Part shown: positions 9,726 through 20,222 of the stretch, piece after piece
How the letters are laid out: each line of letters begins with the position of its first letter
Numbering within the stretch: the stretch's first letter is position 1
Source: an uncultured Methylomirabilota bacterium
GTDB lineage: Bacteria > Methylomirabilota > Methylomirabilia > Methylomirabilales > 2-02-FULL-66-22
Assembly (NCBI GenBank): GCA_963845565.1
Contig: CAWJSJ010000002.1
Location: forward strand, 64,001 to 128,000
Direction: 5' to 3'
DNA: 64,000 bases
Made by a program: the position numbers and the translations under genes
Notes under the pieces: generated by a model
Database searches by the model: none
What the model was told of the DNA's origin: nothing
Seen by the model: only the letters and a program-made list of their open reading frames with translations

Positions 9726-10127
9726 CTAATTGACGCGAGGATTGTCGGGCATGCGGTCGACGTGCGTCCTTATGAGGGTCAGGAAGGGGACGCGAAGAGT
9801 CTGCAGATATGCCAGCGCCTGCGGGTTGTTCTGGTATTCGACAAAGGGCTGGAGATGATATTCGATGCTCTCGCATCCGAGGCGGGCGCCCACGATACCG
9901 ATGGGGTGGCCGCCGCCGCGAATGAGGGCATTCAGATCGCTGACGGGATCGTCGTCGATCGCAAAGACGAACTGCGTGACGTCGCCGTTCACCACCGCGA
10001 TGGCGGCCAGGGTGAGGTCCGTCGCCCGCACCCGCAACTCGACGACGAGATCCGTGGTGGACCGCAGGGAACGCGCAGGCCGCCGGGCAGCCGGCGTGGC
10101 CTCCTCGGGAACCTCTCCGGTTGACAT
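9726..10127 (-). CDS. Hypothetical protein
   Basis: Globular-looking ORF from ATG at 10127; no recognised motif. Confidence 0.5.
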   Translation of the reverse strand: MSTGEVPEEATPAARRPARSLRSTTDLVVELRVRATDLTLAAIAVVNGDVTQFVFAIDDDPVSDLNALIRGGGHPIGIVGARLGCESIEYHLQPFVEYQNNPQALAYLQTLRVPFLTLIRTHVDRMPDNPRVN

Positions 10128-10246
10128 AGGAGGACGGTAGCACGCTAAGGGAAAGAAACCTACCAAAGGATTGCACGCTGGTCAGAAAGGCGGCCGATGC
10201 GGCGCGTTGGTTTCCGGACGCAAGGCGCGCCCACCTGGTTGACGCG

Positions 10247-10924
10247 TCAGAACGCACGCCCGGCGAGCCAGATGGTGTGCCGCCGTCCCTTGCGGGAGTC
10301 GTGCGCCGGCGCCCGGACCTCGTCCACAGTGAACCCCGCCCGGCGCAAGCGCTGGACAAACACCGGATGGGGTCCGGAGGACCAGACGCCCAGCACCCCC
10401 GCCGGACGCAGCGCCGCGTGGGCCGCCTCCAGCCCTGGCCGAGCGTAGAGCCAGTCGTTCTCTTTTCTGGCCAACCCCTCGGGGCCGTTGTCCACATCCA
10501 GCAGAATCGCGTCGAAGGCCTGGCGTTCCACACGCAGGATCAGGGCGACATCCACCTCGCGCACGGTGACCCGGGTGTCCAGCAATGGGTGGCCAGCCAG
10601 AGGCGCCAGGGGCCCGCGGTTCCACGCCACTACCGCCGGCACCAATTCGGCCACGAGGACGCGCCCGTCGGGCCCGAGGCGGCGCAGCGCGGCGGCCAGG
10701 GTGAACCCCATGCCCAGTCCACCGATCAGGATCCGGGGGCGGGGACGGCCGGCGACGCGCGCACACGCCAGGTCGGCCAGCACCTCCTCCGATGCGTGGG
10801 CGCGGCTGTTCATCAACTCCCGGTTGCCCACACGGATCGAGAACTCCTCGCCCCGTCGGTACAGGCAGAGCTCGCCGCCGTTCCCAGGCACCGGCGCACT
10901 CTCCAGGAATTCCCAGGGAATCAT
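10247..10924 (-). CDS. Spermidine synthase-like SAM-dependent methyltransferase
   Basis: ELMNSRAHASE, ILIGGLGMGFTL, FDAILLDVDNGP. Confidence 0.88.
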   Translation of the reverse strand: MIPWEFLESAPVPGNGGELCLYRRGEEFSIRVGNRELMNSRAHASEEVLADLACARVAGRPRPRILIGGLGMGFTLAAALRRLGPDGRVLVAELVPAVVAWNRGPLAPLAGHPLLDTRVTVREVDVALILRVERQAFDAILLDVDNGPEGLARKENDWLYARPGLEAAHAALRPAGVLGVWSSGPHPVFVQRLRRAGFTVDEVRAPAHDSRKGRRHTIWLAGRAF

Positions 10925-11048
10925 CTAGGCCTCACGGATTCAGGGGGCGGCGCGGCGTCAAGCGGTTCCCACGGATGGCTCCGTATCGATCCGGGTACCG
11001 TCGCCGACCCGAAGGACGGAAGGTCTATGCGGGCCACAACGTACGAGG

Positions 11049-12008
11049 TTACTGCCGAAGGGCGGGAACGGCGCGAGCGCTCACGGGAAGGACGCCGGAC
11101 AGCTCGGTCGCCACCTCCGGCCTCGTGAGAAACGGTCGAATCTGTCCGGCCGGAACCACGAAGGTGGCGCCAGGGACCGGAAACTTGAGTGCATAGTTTT
11201 GCGTCTGATCTTTCACGGCAACGGAGACGGTTTGGTGGCCCTGAACGATGCCGACGAGACGGCCCGTCTCCACGTCAAAGACCCCGCCGCCGCTGACGCC
11301 CCGGGGTGCGGCGGCATCGATCACGATCCGCTGCTCCGCTCGCTCGGCCGGAATGCCGTTCTCGATCTCCGAGAGCGGGAGTTGACTGACGATCCCCCCG
11401 GAGATCCCAAGCCGCTGTCCCTCGGGAAACCCGACCACCAGGATCGGCTGCCCGAGGCGAATCCGACCATCCGTCGCGAGCAGGGCTGGGGCCGCGGCGA
11501 GGCCCGGAACGCGGAGCAGGGCCAGATCCAGCGTGTCGCGCGTTCCCTGGCTGATCACCGTCGCTGCAAGTTTGCCGTGCGCGGCATCCGGTCCGCAAAA
11601 GCCCACGAAGATCGTGACCCCACCCCCTCCTGGAATCGCGTGTGCGGCCGTCAAGACATAGGAGACCGCCTCGGCGTTCTGGGTGGCAGGCCTGGAGGCG
11701 ATGACGACCCCAGAGGCGAACGCCACAAGGCGAGCATCCCGCTCGACCGCAATCTTGACCGTGCTGGTGACAATCCGGTCGATCAGGTCTTGGCGGGCAG
11801 TAGGGGCCGTCTGCAGGTTTGCAGCATTCGGCGGAAGCTGCGCGCAACCGACGGCGAGCGACAGGATCGCGGCCGCACTGAAATACGCCAGACGAGTTCC
11901 AGTGCGCGGGAACCGGGAGAAAGCCACAGGAGCGCAAAAGTGTGGGCGGCCTGTGGGAAAGCTCGCAGAACGCTCGGTACAATTCCCCCAAGGTTTTTTC
12001 AACATCAT
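11049..12008 (-). CDS. Trypsin-like serine protease, probable lipoprotein
   Basis: LTAAH, DLALL, GVSGGG catalytic triad; lipobox LAVGC; start uncertain. Confidence 0.85.
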   Translation of the reverse strand: MMLKKPWGNCTERSASFPTGRPHFCAPVAFSRFPRTGTRLAYFSAAAILSLAVGCAQLPPNAANLQTAPTARQDLIDRIVTSTVKIAVERDARLVAFASGVVIASRPATQNAEAVSYVLTAAHAIPGGGGVTIFVGFCGPDAAHGKLAATVISQGTRDTLDLALLRVPGLAAAPALLATDGRIRLGQPILVVGFPEGQRLGISGGIVSQLPLSEIENGIPAERAEQRIVIDAAAPRGVSGGGVFDVETGRLVGIVQGHQTVSVAVKDQTQNYALKFPVPGATFVVPAGQIRPFLTRPEVATELSGVLPVSARAVPALRQ

Positions 12009-12084
12009 GGCTCCTGGTGCCTATAATTCCAAACGGTTACGCTTCTATCAGGATCATGACACAATCTCGCACAAACTAATATTT

Positions 12085-12100
12085 TGCAACAACGATGCCA
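12085..12100 (-). promoter_or_regulatory. Putative sigma54 promoter for the protease
   Basis: TGGCATCGTTGTTGCA on minus strand, near consensus TGGCAC-N5-TTGCA. Confidence 0.6.
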
Positions 12101-12429
12101 GCATCCGGTGAACCGAGCTCGTTGGGGATTTTGTAACGATTTTAGACGGTTAGACACCAACGAGGCTTGGCCACAGTTCCGGAGTACTCGCTTGCTCGTC
12201 GATCGGGTTCCACCAATTCCCCAGGAACTTTTGGGTTGACAAACGAGAGTGTTATAGTCATCTTTCAATACACGACACCCAGTGGACCCGATCCCGCGTC
12301 CCCAGTCGCCTTCCGTTTCGCCCTCCGCCAGAACAACTCTCCAGAGCGTGCGGAGGCCGGTAGTGGCAGCGAAGGACGACGCAGCGATCGGTGAACGTCG
12401 GTAAACGATAGAAAGAAAGGGAGGGGAAC

Positions 12430-12765
12430 ATGAAGACTTCGAGATTGGCGGTTGTGGTGGCGTTGCTCCTGGTTGGTACCTCCGCGTTCGCCCAGACGGC
12501 GACGCAACCCGCCGAGCCCGGAAATATGCCGGAGGGGGGGTATCACCAGACAGAGATGTCGGTCACGGGCAGGATCACGGAACTTGATCTGTCCGCTGGA
12601 ACCGTGACCCTCGACAACGGGACGGAGTTTACGCTCGCGCCGTCCCTGCAGTTCACGAGCTTCCCGGCCGTGGGGCAAGAGGTCGAAGTGCTGTACGACG
12701 AGCAGGGAGGGAAGCGAGTGGCGCGCTCAATTGACCAGAGCCTGCGAGGCGGGAACTCCGACTAA
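12430..12765 (+). CDS. Secreted small OB-fold-like protein (DUF1344-like)
   Basis: Signal peptide ending AFA-Q; GRITELD..GTVTLDNG.EF..VG.EV.V.Y; GGGAGG RBS. Confidence 0.7.
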   Translation: MKTSRLAVVVALLLVGTSAFAQTATQPAEPGNMPEGGYHQTEMSVTGRITELDLSAGTVTLDNGTEFTLAPSLQFTSFPAVGQEVEVLYDEQGGKRVARSIDQSLRGGNSD

Positions 12766-13398
12766 CCCGTGGGGCACCCAGTGAAACCTAACAAAGGCCA
12801 AGATCCGAGTCTCGATCGCCTAACCGGAACGGCCTGGCACACTGCGCAGGCAGGGACGGGGACGCGGAGAACGGTCCACTCGGGGTCGTGATGCGGCGGG
12901 ACGGGGGGCGGCCGCTGCGGGAGCAGCCGGCAGGTCAGACGACAATGTCGTTCGCGGAACTGCTTCGTGGCGGCGCCCTCCGTTTCGCTGTAGACGTCAG
13001 GCGAGAATCCATCGTTTCCCACTTCCGGCCAGAATGACCTATTCGACATGACGGGATTGACTCCCACCCCTTCGGGACGGCTTCGAGATCCCTCCAGCGT
13101 CGAACTTGACAAACGCCTGACATGCTTCGTAACAAGATGCCCTGGGACCGTCGGTCGGCGCGGAGGGGGTCTTGTGTCGCTCGGCGCGGTGTCTGCAGGA
13201 CTCGGCGCGAACCCCGTCCTGCCTCTCCGGCCCCGCACTCAGCGCCCACGGAGCACTTCTGCCTCTCGCGGATGGGCACGCCTTCCGGTCGGCAAAAAAG
13301 CACACTAGAGAACCCGCGCGATTTCCGGTATGTTCAACGGGCAACTGGGACCGAGGAACCCGCGGTTTCATGCGACACCGTCGCCATCGGAGGCAATC

Positions 13399-14121
13399 AT
13401 GCCGAGAATCATGACGCCGCTTATCGATCGGACCGAGGTGGCCGAAGGCACTGTGGCATTCGCCCTGGAACGGCCGGCCGGCTTTGATTTCAAGGCCGGC
13501 CAGTATGTGGTCATGGTTCTGCCCAACCCCCCGCATACCGACGCGGAGGGCAACCGCCGGGTGTTCTCCATTGCCTCCCCGCCCCAGGACACCAAGCGCC
13601 TCGTGATCACCACACGCATGACCGGCACCGCATTCAAGCGGAGCCTCGCCGAGGTGCCGCTCGGGACACCGGTGGACCTTTCCGGGCCCGCGGGGACCTT
13701 CGGCCTCTCTGCGGATGCCTCCCTCCCGGTGGTGTTCATCGCGGGCGGAATTGGGATCACCCCGTTTCGCAGCATCGTGCACGACGCTGCGAGCCGACAC
13801 CTCCCGCATCGGATCACCCTCATCTACTCGAATCGTACGCCGGCAGGCGCGGCTTTCCATGACGAGCTTGTCCGTCTCGCCCAGACCACCCCGAATCTCA
13901 CCTATGTGCCGACGATGACCCAGGTAGAGGCCGGGCAGCCGTGGGACGCAGAACGACGGAAGGTCAGCGCGGACTTTCTGCGCAGCTACATTCCGGAGAT
14001 CCCCACCGCGATGTTCTACCTGGCGGGGCCGCCCGGGCTGGTGGCGGGGGTCACCAAGGCCCTGAGCGACGCGGGCGCCGATCCGGCGCGAGTCCACTGT
14101 GAGGAATTTGCAGGATACTAG
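13399..14121 (+). CDS. Ferredoxin-NADP reductase family FAD/NAD-binding oxidoreductase
   Basis: FKAGQY, RVFSIAS, IAGGIGITPF, FYLAGP, EEFAGY. Confidence 0.92.
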   Translation: MPRIMTPLIDRTEVAEGTVAFALERPAGFDFKAGQYVVMVLPNPPHTDAEGNRRVFSIASPPQDTKRLVITTRMTGTAFKRSLAEVPLGTPVDLSGPAGTFGLSADASLPVVFIAGGIGITPFRSIVHDAASRHLPHRITLIYSNRTPAGAAFHDELVRLAQTTPNLTYVPTMTQVEAGQPWDAERRKVSADFLRSYIPEIPTAMFYLAGPPGLVAGVTKALSDAGADPARVHCEEFAGY

Positions 14122-14245
14122 CGGACATGGCGACGGGGAGAGGCGGGAAGGCCCAACGCGGCCAGGCGACACAGACCACGCCCGTTCCCGCTGACGCTCG
14201 GGGCCGAACGCGTGGCGACGGCAAGACGGCGCCACGGATGCCGGT

Positions 14246-15298
14246 TCAGTCCGACGCCCCGGCCTTCACCGCCCACCGCAGTTTCGCGCTGGAGGAGCGC
14301 GGATTGGCGCGGCGCTCTTCCGCCGAAGGGCGCACCGGGTCGCGGGCAATGCGCTCATAGACCCCGTCGCGGTTCCCGGCCTGGAACGCCTTCTTGACGC
14401 GCCGGTCCTCGCCGGAGTGAAAAGTCAATATCGCCACGCGGCCGGCCGGTTTCAGGCACACGGGCAAGAGCGCCAGGAACTGCTCCAGGACGCGAAACTC
14501 GTCATTCACCGCGATGCGCAGCGCCTGAAGCGTGCGCTGCAGAGCCTTTCGTATCTCTTGCTGGCGGGTGGCCTCGGGGACCGTCGTCTGTAGCGCGCGG
14601 CGGACGAGGTGGGCAAGCTGGGTGGTCGTGGCGATGGGCTGGCCGTGGAGGGCGCGGGCGATGGCGTTCGCATGCGGTTCGTCCGCGTGTTCGACCAGCA
14701 GGTCCGTCAGGGCCGCTTCGCTGAGAGTGGACAGCAGCGCCGCGGCGGGCCGTCCCCGGTTGGGGTTGAGCCGGAGATCCAGTGGGCCGTCGGCCTTGTA
14801 GGTGAATCCTCGGGCGGGGTTATCGAGCTGCATCGACGAGACGCCCAGATCCGCCAGCACGAAATCCAACCCACCGCCGGCCTCGGGAAGCACGCGGGAG
14901 ATTCCGGCGAAGTTCATGCGCCGGACCACCAGAACCTCCTCGGAGAAACCCAGCCCGCGCAACCGCGCCTCGGTCCGGGGCAACTCCAGCGGGTCCACGT
15001 CGATCGCGAAGAGCCGCCCGCCCGGCAGGATGTGCGGCAGGATCTCCTGAGCGTGTCCGCCGTAGCCCAGGGTCGCATCCACACCGACGTCTCCGGGCCT
15101 GAGATCCAGGACTTCCAAGACCTCCCGCACGCAGATGGGCCGATGCGTCCCCGCGGGCGTGTCGCCTCGCGCGCGGACCTTTTCAAGCTCCCGCGCGTGG
15201 CGCTCGGGGTCCAGTTCCTTGTACCGCTCCGCGTACCGGCGAGGATGGGTGCCCTGGTACCGCACCCGGCGTCGCCCATGCGGGCTGTCGTCGCCCAT
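14246..15298 (-). CDS. rsmH: 16S rRNA (cytosine1402-N4)-methyltransferase RsmH, variant with N-terminal extension
   Basis: HRPI, VDATLGYGGHA, ADLGVSSMQLD, GPLDLR, QALRIAVNDE, FHSGEDR, NPRSSSAKLR. Confidence 0.9.
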   Translation of the reverse strand: MGDDSPHGRRRVRYQGTHPRRYAERYKELDPERHARELEKVRARGDTPAGTHRPICVREVLEVLDLRPGDVGVDATLGYGGHAQEILPHILPGGRLFAIDVDPLELPRTEARLRGLGFSEEVLVVRRMNFAGISRVLPEAGGGLDFVLADLGVSSMQLDNPARGFTYKADGPLDLRLNPNRGRPAAALLSTLSEAALTDLLVEHADEPHANAIARALHGQPIATTTQLAHLVRRALQTTVPEATRQQEIRKALQRTLQALRIAVNDEFRVLEQFLALLPVCLKPAGRVAILTFHSGEDRRVKKAFQAGNRDGVYERIARDPVRPSAEERRANPRSSSAKLRWAVKAGASD

Positions 15299-15596
15299 GC
15301 GCTGGTTGTCCTCCCCAACGATACGGACTTCGCGGCGGCGCGTCTCGCCTCCGAGGTTTCCTTTCGGTCCCCATCCACGCACCCGAGCCGGCCTGGCGTT
15401 GCCGCTGCGGCGGCCGCGAGCGTGTGACCTGGCGTGGCCCCGCACCGAAGGCGAGCCTACCGAGGGGCCTGCGGCATGTCAACGGCAAACGCCCCGATCC
15501 GGGCGCTCGCACGCGACGTTGGCCGCGCGAAAGGGGACGTGGCTCCCGGCTCGGCAGCGCGGTCGATGCGGCGCACCGCGATGCGGGCGGCGGGCG

Positions 15597-16868
15597 TCAG
15601 CGAGAAGCGGCGCGCGTCCCCTCGTCGCCATCCGACGGCGTGACGCCGCGCGCCGGGAAGCAACCGAGGAACACCAGGAAGGCGAGCGTCGCGGCGCCGG
15701 CTGCGCTGAATGCGAACGAGAACGAGACCGTGTCTGCCAGGAAACCGATAAGGGGCGGCACCGCGCCCGCGCCGACCAGTGTGGCGAACATCAGGACCAT
15801 CGACACGGCCACGTTTCGAATTGGAAGGGGAAACACCGAGGACAGGAGGGAGAATCCCGCCGGATAGAACGAGGCGGCAAACGCCGACTGGAGGAAGATC
15901 AAGGCCGGGGTGAACCAGGGGCCGCGCACGAGCCCGAGTACCACGGCGCAGATCCCTGCGGCTGCCAGAGAAAACAGGACCGTGCGCGGCCGGCCGATCC
16001 GGTCAGCCAGCGCGCCCGCCAGAAACACGCTGAAGAGTCCCGAGATGCGCGAGAGTCCGGTGATCAGATTGGCCGGCAAGCGTTCCATGCCCACGTCGCT
16101 CACCAGGAAGAGCGGCATCATGGTGTAGAGCCCGAGCCCCAACCCGATCGAGACGGCGAAGAGGCTCGCCACGCCCCAGAACGATCGATGCCGGAGGAGC
16201 CGTGCGATGATCGCCGCACTCGGCCGATGCGCGCGGGAGCTCCCGCCCAGCCCGGACATCAAAAACACCCCGCTGAGCACAATGGCCGGTGCGCCGATCG
16301 CACCCAGGACCCCCTGCCACGCGAAGAACCTCAGCAGAAACTCGGCGAGGAGCGGTGCGCAGATGTAGCCGAGATTGGGCCCCAGTTCGTGGATCGCCAA
16401 CGCCGTGCCCCAGGAGCCCTCCCGCGTATTCTCCGTCAGCACGGCGACGCCCGATGGGAGGTACAGGCCGGCGCCCATGCCGAGCACCAACAGCTCGGCG
16501 CGGATCCAGAAGAGGGAGGGAGTGAAGGCAATTGCGAGCAGCGCCGCTCCGAGCGTGATGCCCGACACGGCGATGGTGGCACGGTGGCTGAGCCGGCAAG
16601 CCACATGGCCCGAGAGAAACAGACCCAGACAGGACCCGACGGTCAGGAAGAAGTACAGTGCCCCCGCCCCGCCATGCCGTAACCCGAATTCGCGCTCGAT
16701 GACGGGCAGGAGTGGCCCTACGGACAACCGGGAAACGATGTTCAGAAAGAACAGTACCACCAGGAACGCGAGCAGGGCGACCGGGAACGGCGGCTGTGGG
16801 CCAGGCGGCCCGTCTTCGGGGCGTGCGGACTGAGAGCCCGGCTGCGGCGGTGTAGTCGTGAGGGACAT
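15597..16868 (-). CDS. MFS transporter
   Basis: About 12 hydrophobic segments; GALADRIGRPR motif A. Confidence 0.88.
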   Translation of the reverse strand: MSLTTTPPQPGSQSARPEDGPPGPQPPFPVALLAFLVVLFFLNIVSRLSVGPLLPVIEREFGLRHGGAGALYFFLTVGSCLGLFLSGHVACRLSHRATIAVSGITLGAALLAIAFTPSLFWIRAELLVLGMGAGLYLPSGVAVLTENTREGSWGTALAIHELGPNLGYICAPLLAEFLLRFFAWQGVLGAIGAPAIVLSGVFLMSGLGGSSRAHRPSAAIIARLLRHRSFWGVASLFAVSIGLGLGLYTMMPLFLVSDVGMERLPANLITGLSRISGLFSVFLAGALADRIGRPRTVLFSLAAAGICAVVLGLVRGPWFTPALIFLQSAFAASFYPAGFSLLSSVFPLPIRNVAVSMVLMFATLVGAGAVPPLIGFLADTVSFSFAFSAAGAATLAFLVFLGCFPARGVTPSDGDEGTRAASR

Positions 16869-17206
16869 GCCTGCTGACGACCTCGGGAGCGATTGTCGGT
16901 CCTGGATGAATGGCCGCGACTCGGAGCCTCCGTCGCGAAGGGTGTCATAGCGCACGCCGTATTACCACGGAAAATCACCGTATCGTCCGGCGGTCGCGAC
17001 CGAACGATCCGCTTCGGCAGCCGCGTGTCGCGAGCGCGCTCGCAACACGCGTGGGCCCTCATACGGGCATGGCTTGCGGTTCTCGCCGCAGGAACCGTAC
17101 CGAAACGACGTGTCCAGATTTCTCCAGTTCAGTTATACTTTGGCATCGGCGTTCCGTCTCAGAATCGGATCTAGCGTTTCGTTCCCGAGCCGAAAGGAGG
17201 GAGCCT

Positions 17207-17701
17207 GTGAACCCCTACGCGAAATTCTTGGCGCACCGGGATCCGCTCACCGTCGCAACCGCCACGCCGGCGAGGATCGTTTCGCTGATTCGCGGGCTCG
17301 CCCCGCGGCAGCTGGCCAAGCGCCCGGCGCCGGGGAAGTGGTCCATCCAGGAGATCATCGGCCATCTGGCGGACACTGAGATGGTCATGGCCTGCCGGGC
17401 GCGCTGGATCGCATTCGAGAACCATCCCACCCTTGCCCCCTTCGACCAGGAGAAGTGGGCTGCCGGGCGCGCGCCCGAGAAGGAACCGATCGCCGAGACG
17501 TTCGAGCGATTTCGGCTCCTGCGGCGGTCGCAAATCCGGTTGTTTCGCCGGGCCTCCCCGCGGGGATTCCGTCGGACCGGATTCCACCCGGAACGGGGCA
17601 TCGTGACGTTGCGCGTGCAACTGGAGACACTCGCCGGACACGACCTGAACCACCTGGCGCAGATACGGCGACTGGCCGCACAATACACGGCGAGACAATA
17701 G
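17207..17701 (+). CDS. DinB family protein
   Basis: GKWSIQEIIGHLADTE...AGHDLNHLAQI; AAGGAGG RBS with GTG start. Confidence 0.88.
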   Translation: MNPYAKFLAHRDPLTVATATPARIVSLIRGLAPRQLAKRPAPGKWSIQEIIGHLADTEMVMACRARWIAFENHPTLAPFDQEKWAAGRAPEKEPIAETFERFRLLRRSQIRLFRRASPRGFRRTGFHPERGIVTLRVQLETLAGHDLNHLAQIRRLAAQYTARQ

Positions 17702-17907
17702 CTGCCGTTGCCCCGGGCGCGCCCCACCCAGATGGGCGAGGCACTCGATGGGCGCGGCGTGCAGCGGCAATCGTACCGTGGCTGTGGCGGTTTGGCATGT
17801 CAAGTCGGCCGGCAGGGGGGGGCGGGGGACGGGAACAGAAGGACCTGTCATCGGACCATCGGCGACGTGGCCGATGGCGCGGTGTCCGATGTGGGTGATG
17901 TGGCCGA

Positions 17908-18126
17908 TTACGGCTCTTGACGCGTTGGGGGCAGATCGAACTGCGGCGGCAACGGCTGCGGCCCGGGGACGATTCCGGCGATATCCGGATCTTCGCCGGT
18001 CATCGGGGAGATGGTCGCCCGACGTTCTTTGGTTTCGAGTCGACGCACATCCTTTTCCTTCCGTCGCTCCTGTCGGGCTTTTTCCTTGGCCCGCTTTTGA
18101 AAGCTCGGCCTGGAGTTCTTCGCCAT
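17908..18126 (-). CDS. Small basic hypothetical protein
   Basis: MAKNSRPSFQKRAKEKARQERRKEK...GEDPDIAGIVPGPQP; AGGAG RBS. Confidence 0.7.
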   Translation of the reverse strand: MAKNSRPSFQKRAKEKARQERRKEKDVRRLETKERRATISPMTGEDPDIAGIVPGPQPLPPQFDLPPTRQEP

Positions 18127-18207
18127 CACTTCACTCCTGAAGCTGACTCCTCACGTTCGCCGTGCGGCAGCCCGCCGTCCGACGACCCGAGATTCCGGGC
18201 GCGAGCG

Positions 18208-18771
18208 TCACTCCTCGTCTTTGTTCTCCAGCTCAGCGCGGGCCCAGAAGGCGACATCGTCCGCCCCCTGATCGCCCTGGGAGTCGTCCACAGCTCCGGC
18301 GAAGAACTGCCCCCCGGTGCGCTCGCGGAGAGGCCCCTTGGGCGCCCGCTCTCCTTTCGAGCCGTAGCCTCTTGGCTTGCGCGTGCCGCGGCGCGGCGCG
18401 TCCGGGCCGAATGTCCGCGTCGGCTGATCCGGCCGCCCCGACCTTTCCGGCGCACCCGGCCCACTCGGCGCACTCGACCGCCCGAACGGGCCAGGACCAC
18501 TCGACCGGGGGCCGGCCCCCTCCTCCCGAGGGCGCGCCTCGTTGACGACCAGCGGCCTGCCCTTGAACACCTGCTGGTGAAAGCGCCGGACGGCCTCGTC
18601 GGCCTGGGCAGCCTCGCTGAATTCGACAAAGGCAAACCCTCTGGGCTTGCCCGTCTCCCGATCGGTGGGCATCCGCACCGACAGCGGCGCTCCGGCGGGC
18701 GCAAAGAACTCTTTCAACTCGGCTTCCGTCACATCATATGCCAGGTTACCCACGAAAACCCGAACCGACAT
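18208..18771 (-). CDS. RRM RNA-binding protein with disordered C-terminal tail
   Basis: RNP2 VFVGNL, RNP1 RGFAFVEF, VNEARPRE. Confidence 0.92.
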   Translation of the reverse strand: MSVRVFVGNLAYDVTEAELKEFFAPAGAPLSVRMPTDRETGKPRGFAFVEFSEAAQADEAVRRFHQQVFKGRPLVVNEARPREEGAGPRSSGPGPFGRSSAPSGPGAPERSGRPDQPTRTFGPDAPRRGTRKPRGYGSKGERAPKGPLRERTGGQFFAGAVDDSQGDQGADDVAFWARAELENKDEE

Positions 18772-18907
18772 CGCTCCCCCTAGGGTTGCCCCTTGTGCGC
18801 GCACGAACTCCCCAGGTTTGTTTCATCCCGGTGTGCGCGTGGTAGGCCGGAATGAATGAAGAGACACCCGGCGTCCAGGGCGGATGTCTCCCTTGCGCTC
18901 TTCGTCC

Positions 18908-19120
18908 CTACCGAGCGATTTTTTTGACGTTCTCCGCCGCCGGGCCCTTCTGGCCCTGCACGATGTCGAACTCCACGCGGTCCCCCTCCGTCAGCGACTT
19001 GAACCCCTCGGCCTGAATCGCGGAGTGATGAACAAAACAGTCCTTCTGGTCGCCGTCCGGTGTGATGAAGCCGAAACCCTTACTGTCGTTGAACCACTTC
19101 ACGGTCCCTACGGTGCGCAC
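18908..19120 (-). CDS. Cold-shock protein (CspA family)
   Basis: [35 protein letters not shown] start after AAGGAG. Confidence 0.95.
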   Translation of the reverse strand: MRTVGTVKWFNDSKGFGFITPDGDQKDCFVHHSAIQAEGFKSLTEGDRVEFDIVQGQKGPAAENVKKIAR

Positions 19121-19334
19121 TGTGACACTCCCTTCGTTTCTGACGGTTAATGAAGGAAACAAAAAAGGACCCTTCTCTTATCGGGTCCCTCTTGACCCCT
19201 GCCGCCCCAACGCGTTGACATGGCGGCGAGCGGGGTAAACTATCCCAGACCCCACCGGCCCTGTCAACCGAATTCCCACAACCGACCTGGGAGGGCCGGT
19301 CATGGCATCCCCCATTCCTCGTATACCTGCCGAC

Positions 19335-20222
19335 CTATTTCAACGCCGTGTTGAGGAACTCGATGGTCCGGTCCCAGGCCAGGGTGGCGGCGGCTTGGTC
19401 GTAGCGCGGGGTCGTGTCGTTGTGGAAGCCGTGATTCGTCCCCGGGTAGATGTGCGCGGCGTACGTGACCCGGTGCGCCTTGAGAGCGGCCTCGTACGCC
19501 GGCCATCCGGCGTTGATCCGCTCGTCGACCTCCGCATAGTGAAGCAGCAGGGGCGCCTTGATCTTGGCGACATCCCCGACGGCCGGCTGCATGCCGTAGA
19601 ACGGCACGGCGGCGGCCAGATCCGGGAGCCGAACCGCCAGTGCGTTGGCCACGCCGCCGCCATAGCAGAAGCCGATCACGCCCACCTTGCCGGTGCACTC
19701 CGGATGCGATTTCAGGGCCGCCGCGGCGGCGACGAAGTCCTCGATCATCTTCCGGGGGTCCAGCGTAGCCTGCAGTTCTCGGCCCTTGTCGTCGTTGCCG
19801 GGGTAGCCGCCGAGCGGCGTCAACTCATCCGGCGCCAAGGCCAGGAACCCGGCCACCCCCAGGCGTCGCGTCACGTCCTCGATATAGGGATTGAGACCGC
19901 GGTTCTCGTGCACGACCAGGACTCCCGGCCACTTGCCTCGCGCCTCCGCCGGCCGCACGAGATACGCACGAATGCGCCCGTAGCCCTGCGGAGAGGGAAA
20001 GGTGTAATCCTCGGTTCGGATGCGCCGGTCGTCCCGGGGAACCTGCTGGGCCCAGGCGTAGTTGGGGCTGAGGCTCTCCACGAGCGCCGCCGCCGTCAGC
20101 CCGGCCACGGCGAATCGCGCCGCCCCGTCCAGCAGTTCGCGGCGGCTGATGCCGCCATGCACATACCGGTCGAACAGTCTCAACAGCTCCGGGTCGTACT
20201 CGGCCGCCTTCTTCCGCTCCAT
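19335..20222 (-). CDS. Dienelactone hydrolase family protein (YghX-like, Tat-type leader)
   Basis: [31 protein letters not shown]. Confidence 0.92.
   Translation of the reverse strand: MERKKAAEYDPELLRLFDRYVHGGISRRELLDGAARFAVAGLTAAALVESLSPNYAWAQQVPRDDRRIRTEDYTFPSPQGYGRIRAYLVRPAEARGKWPGVLVVHENRGLNPYIEDVTRRLGVAGFLALAPDELTPLGGYPGNDDKGRELQATLDPRKMIEDFVAAAAALKSHPECTGKVGVIGFCYGGGVANALAVRLPDLAAAVPFYGMQPAVGDVAKIKAPLLLHYAEVDERINAGWPAYEAALKAHRVTYAAHIYPGTNHGFHNDTTPRYDQAAATLAWDRTIEFLNTALK

Noticed and set aside
12760..12830. CTAAC motifs suggesting integron attC sites
   Set aside because: No matching GTTRRRY core or attC-like hairpin found, and no integron integrase
17855..17910. GATGTGGCC-like 9-mer repeats
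   Set aside because: Too short and degenerate to assign a function
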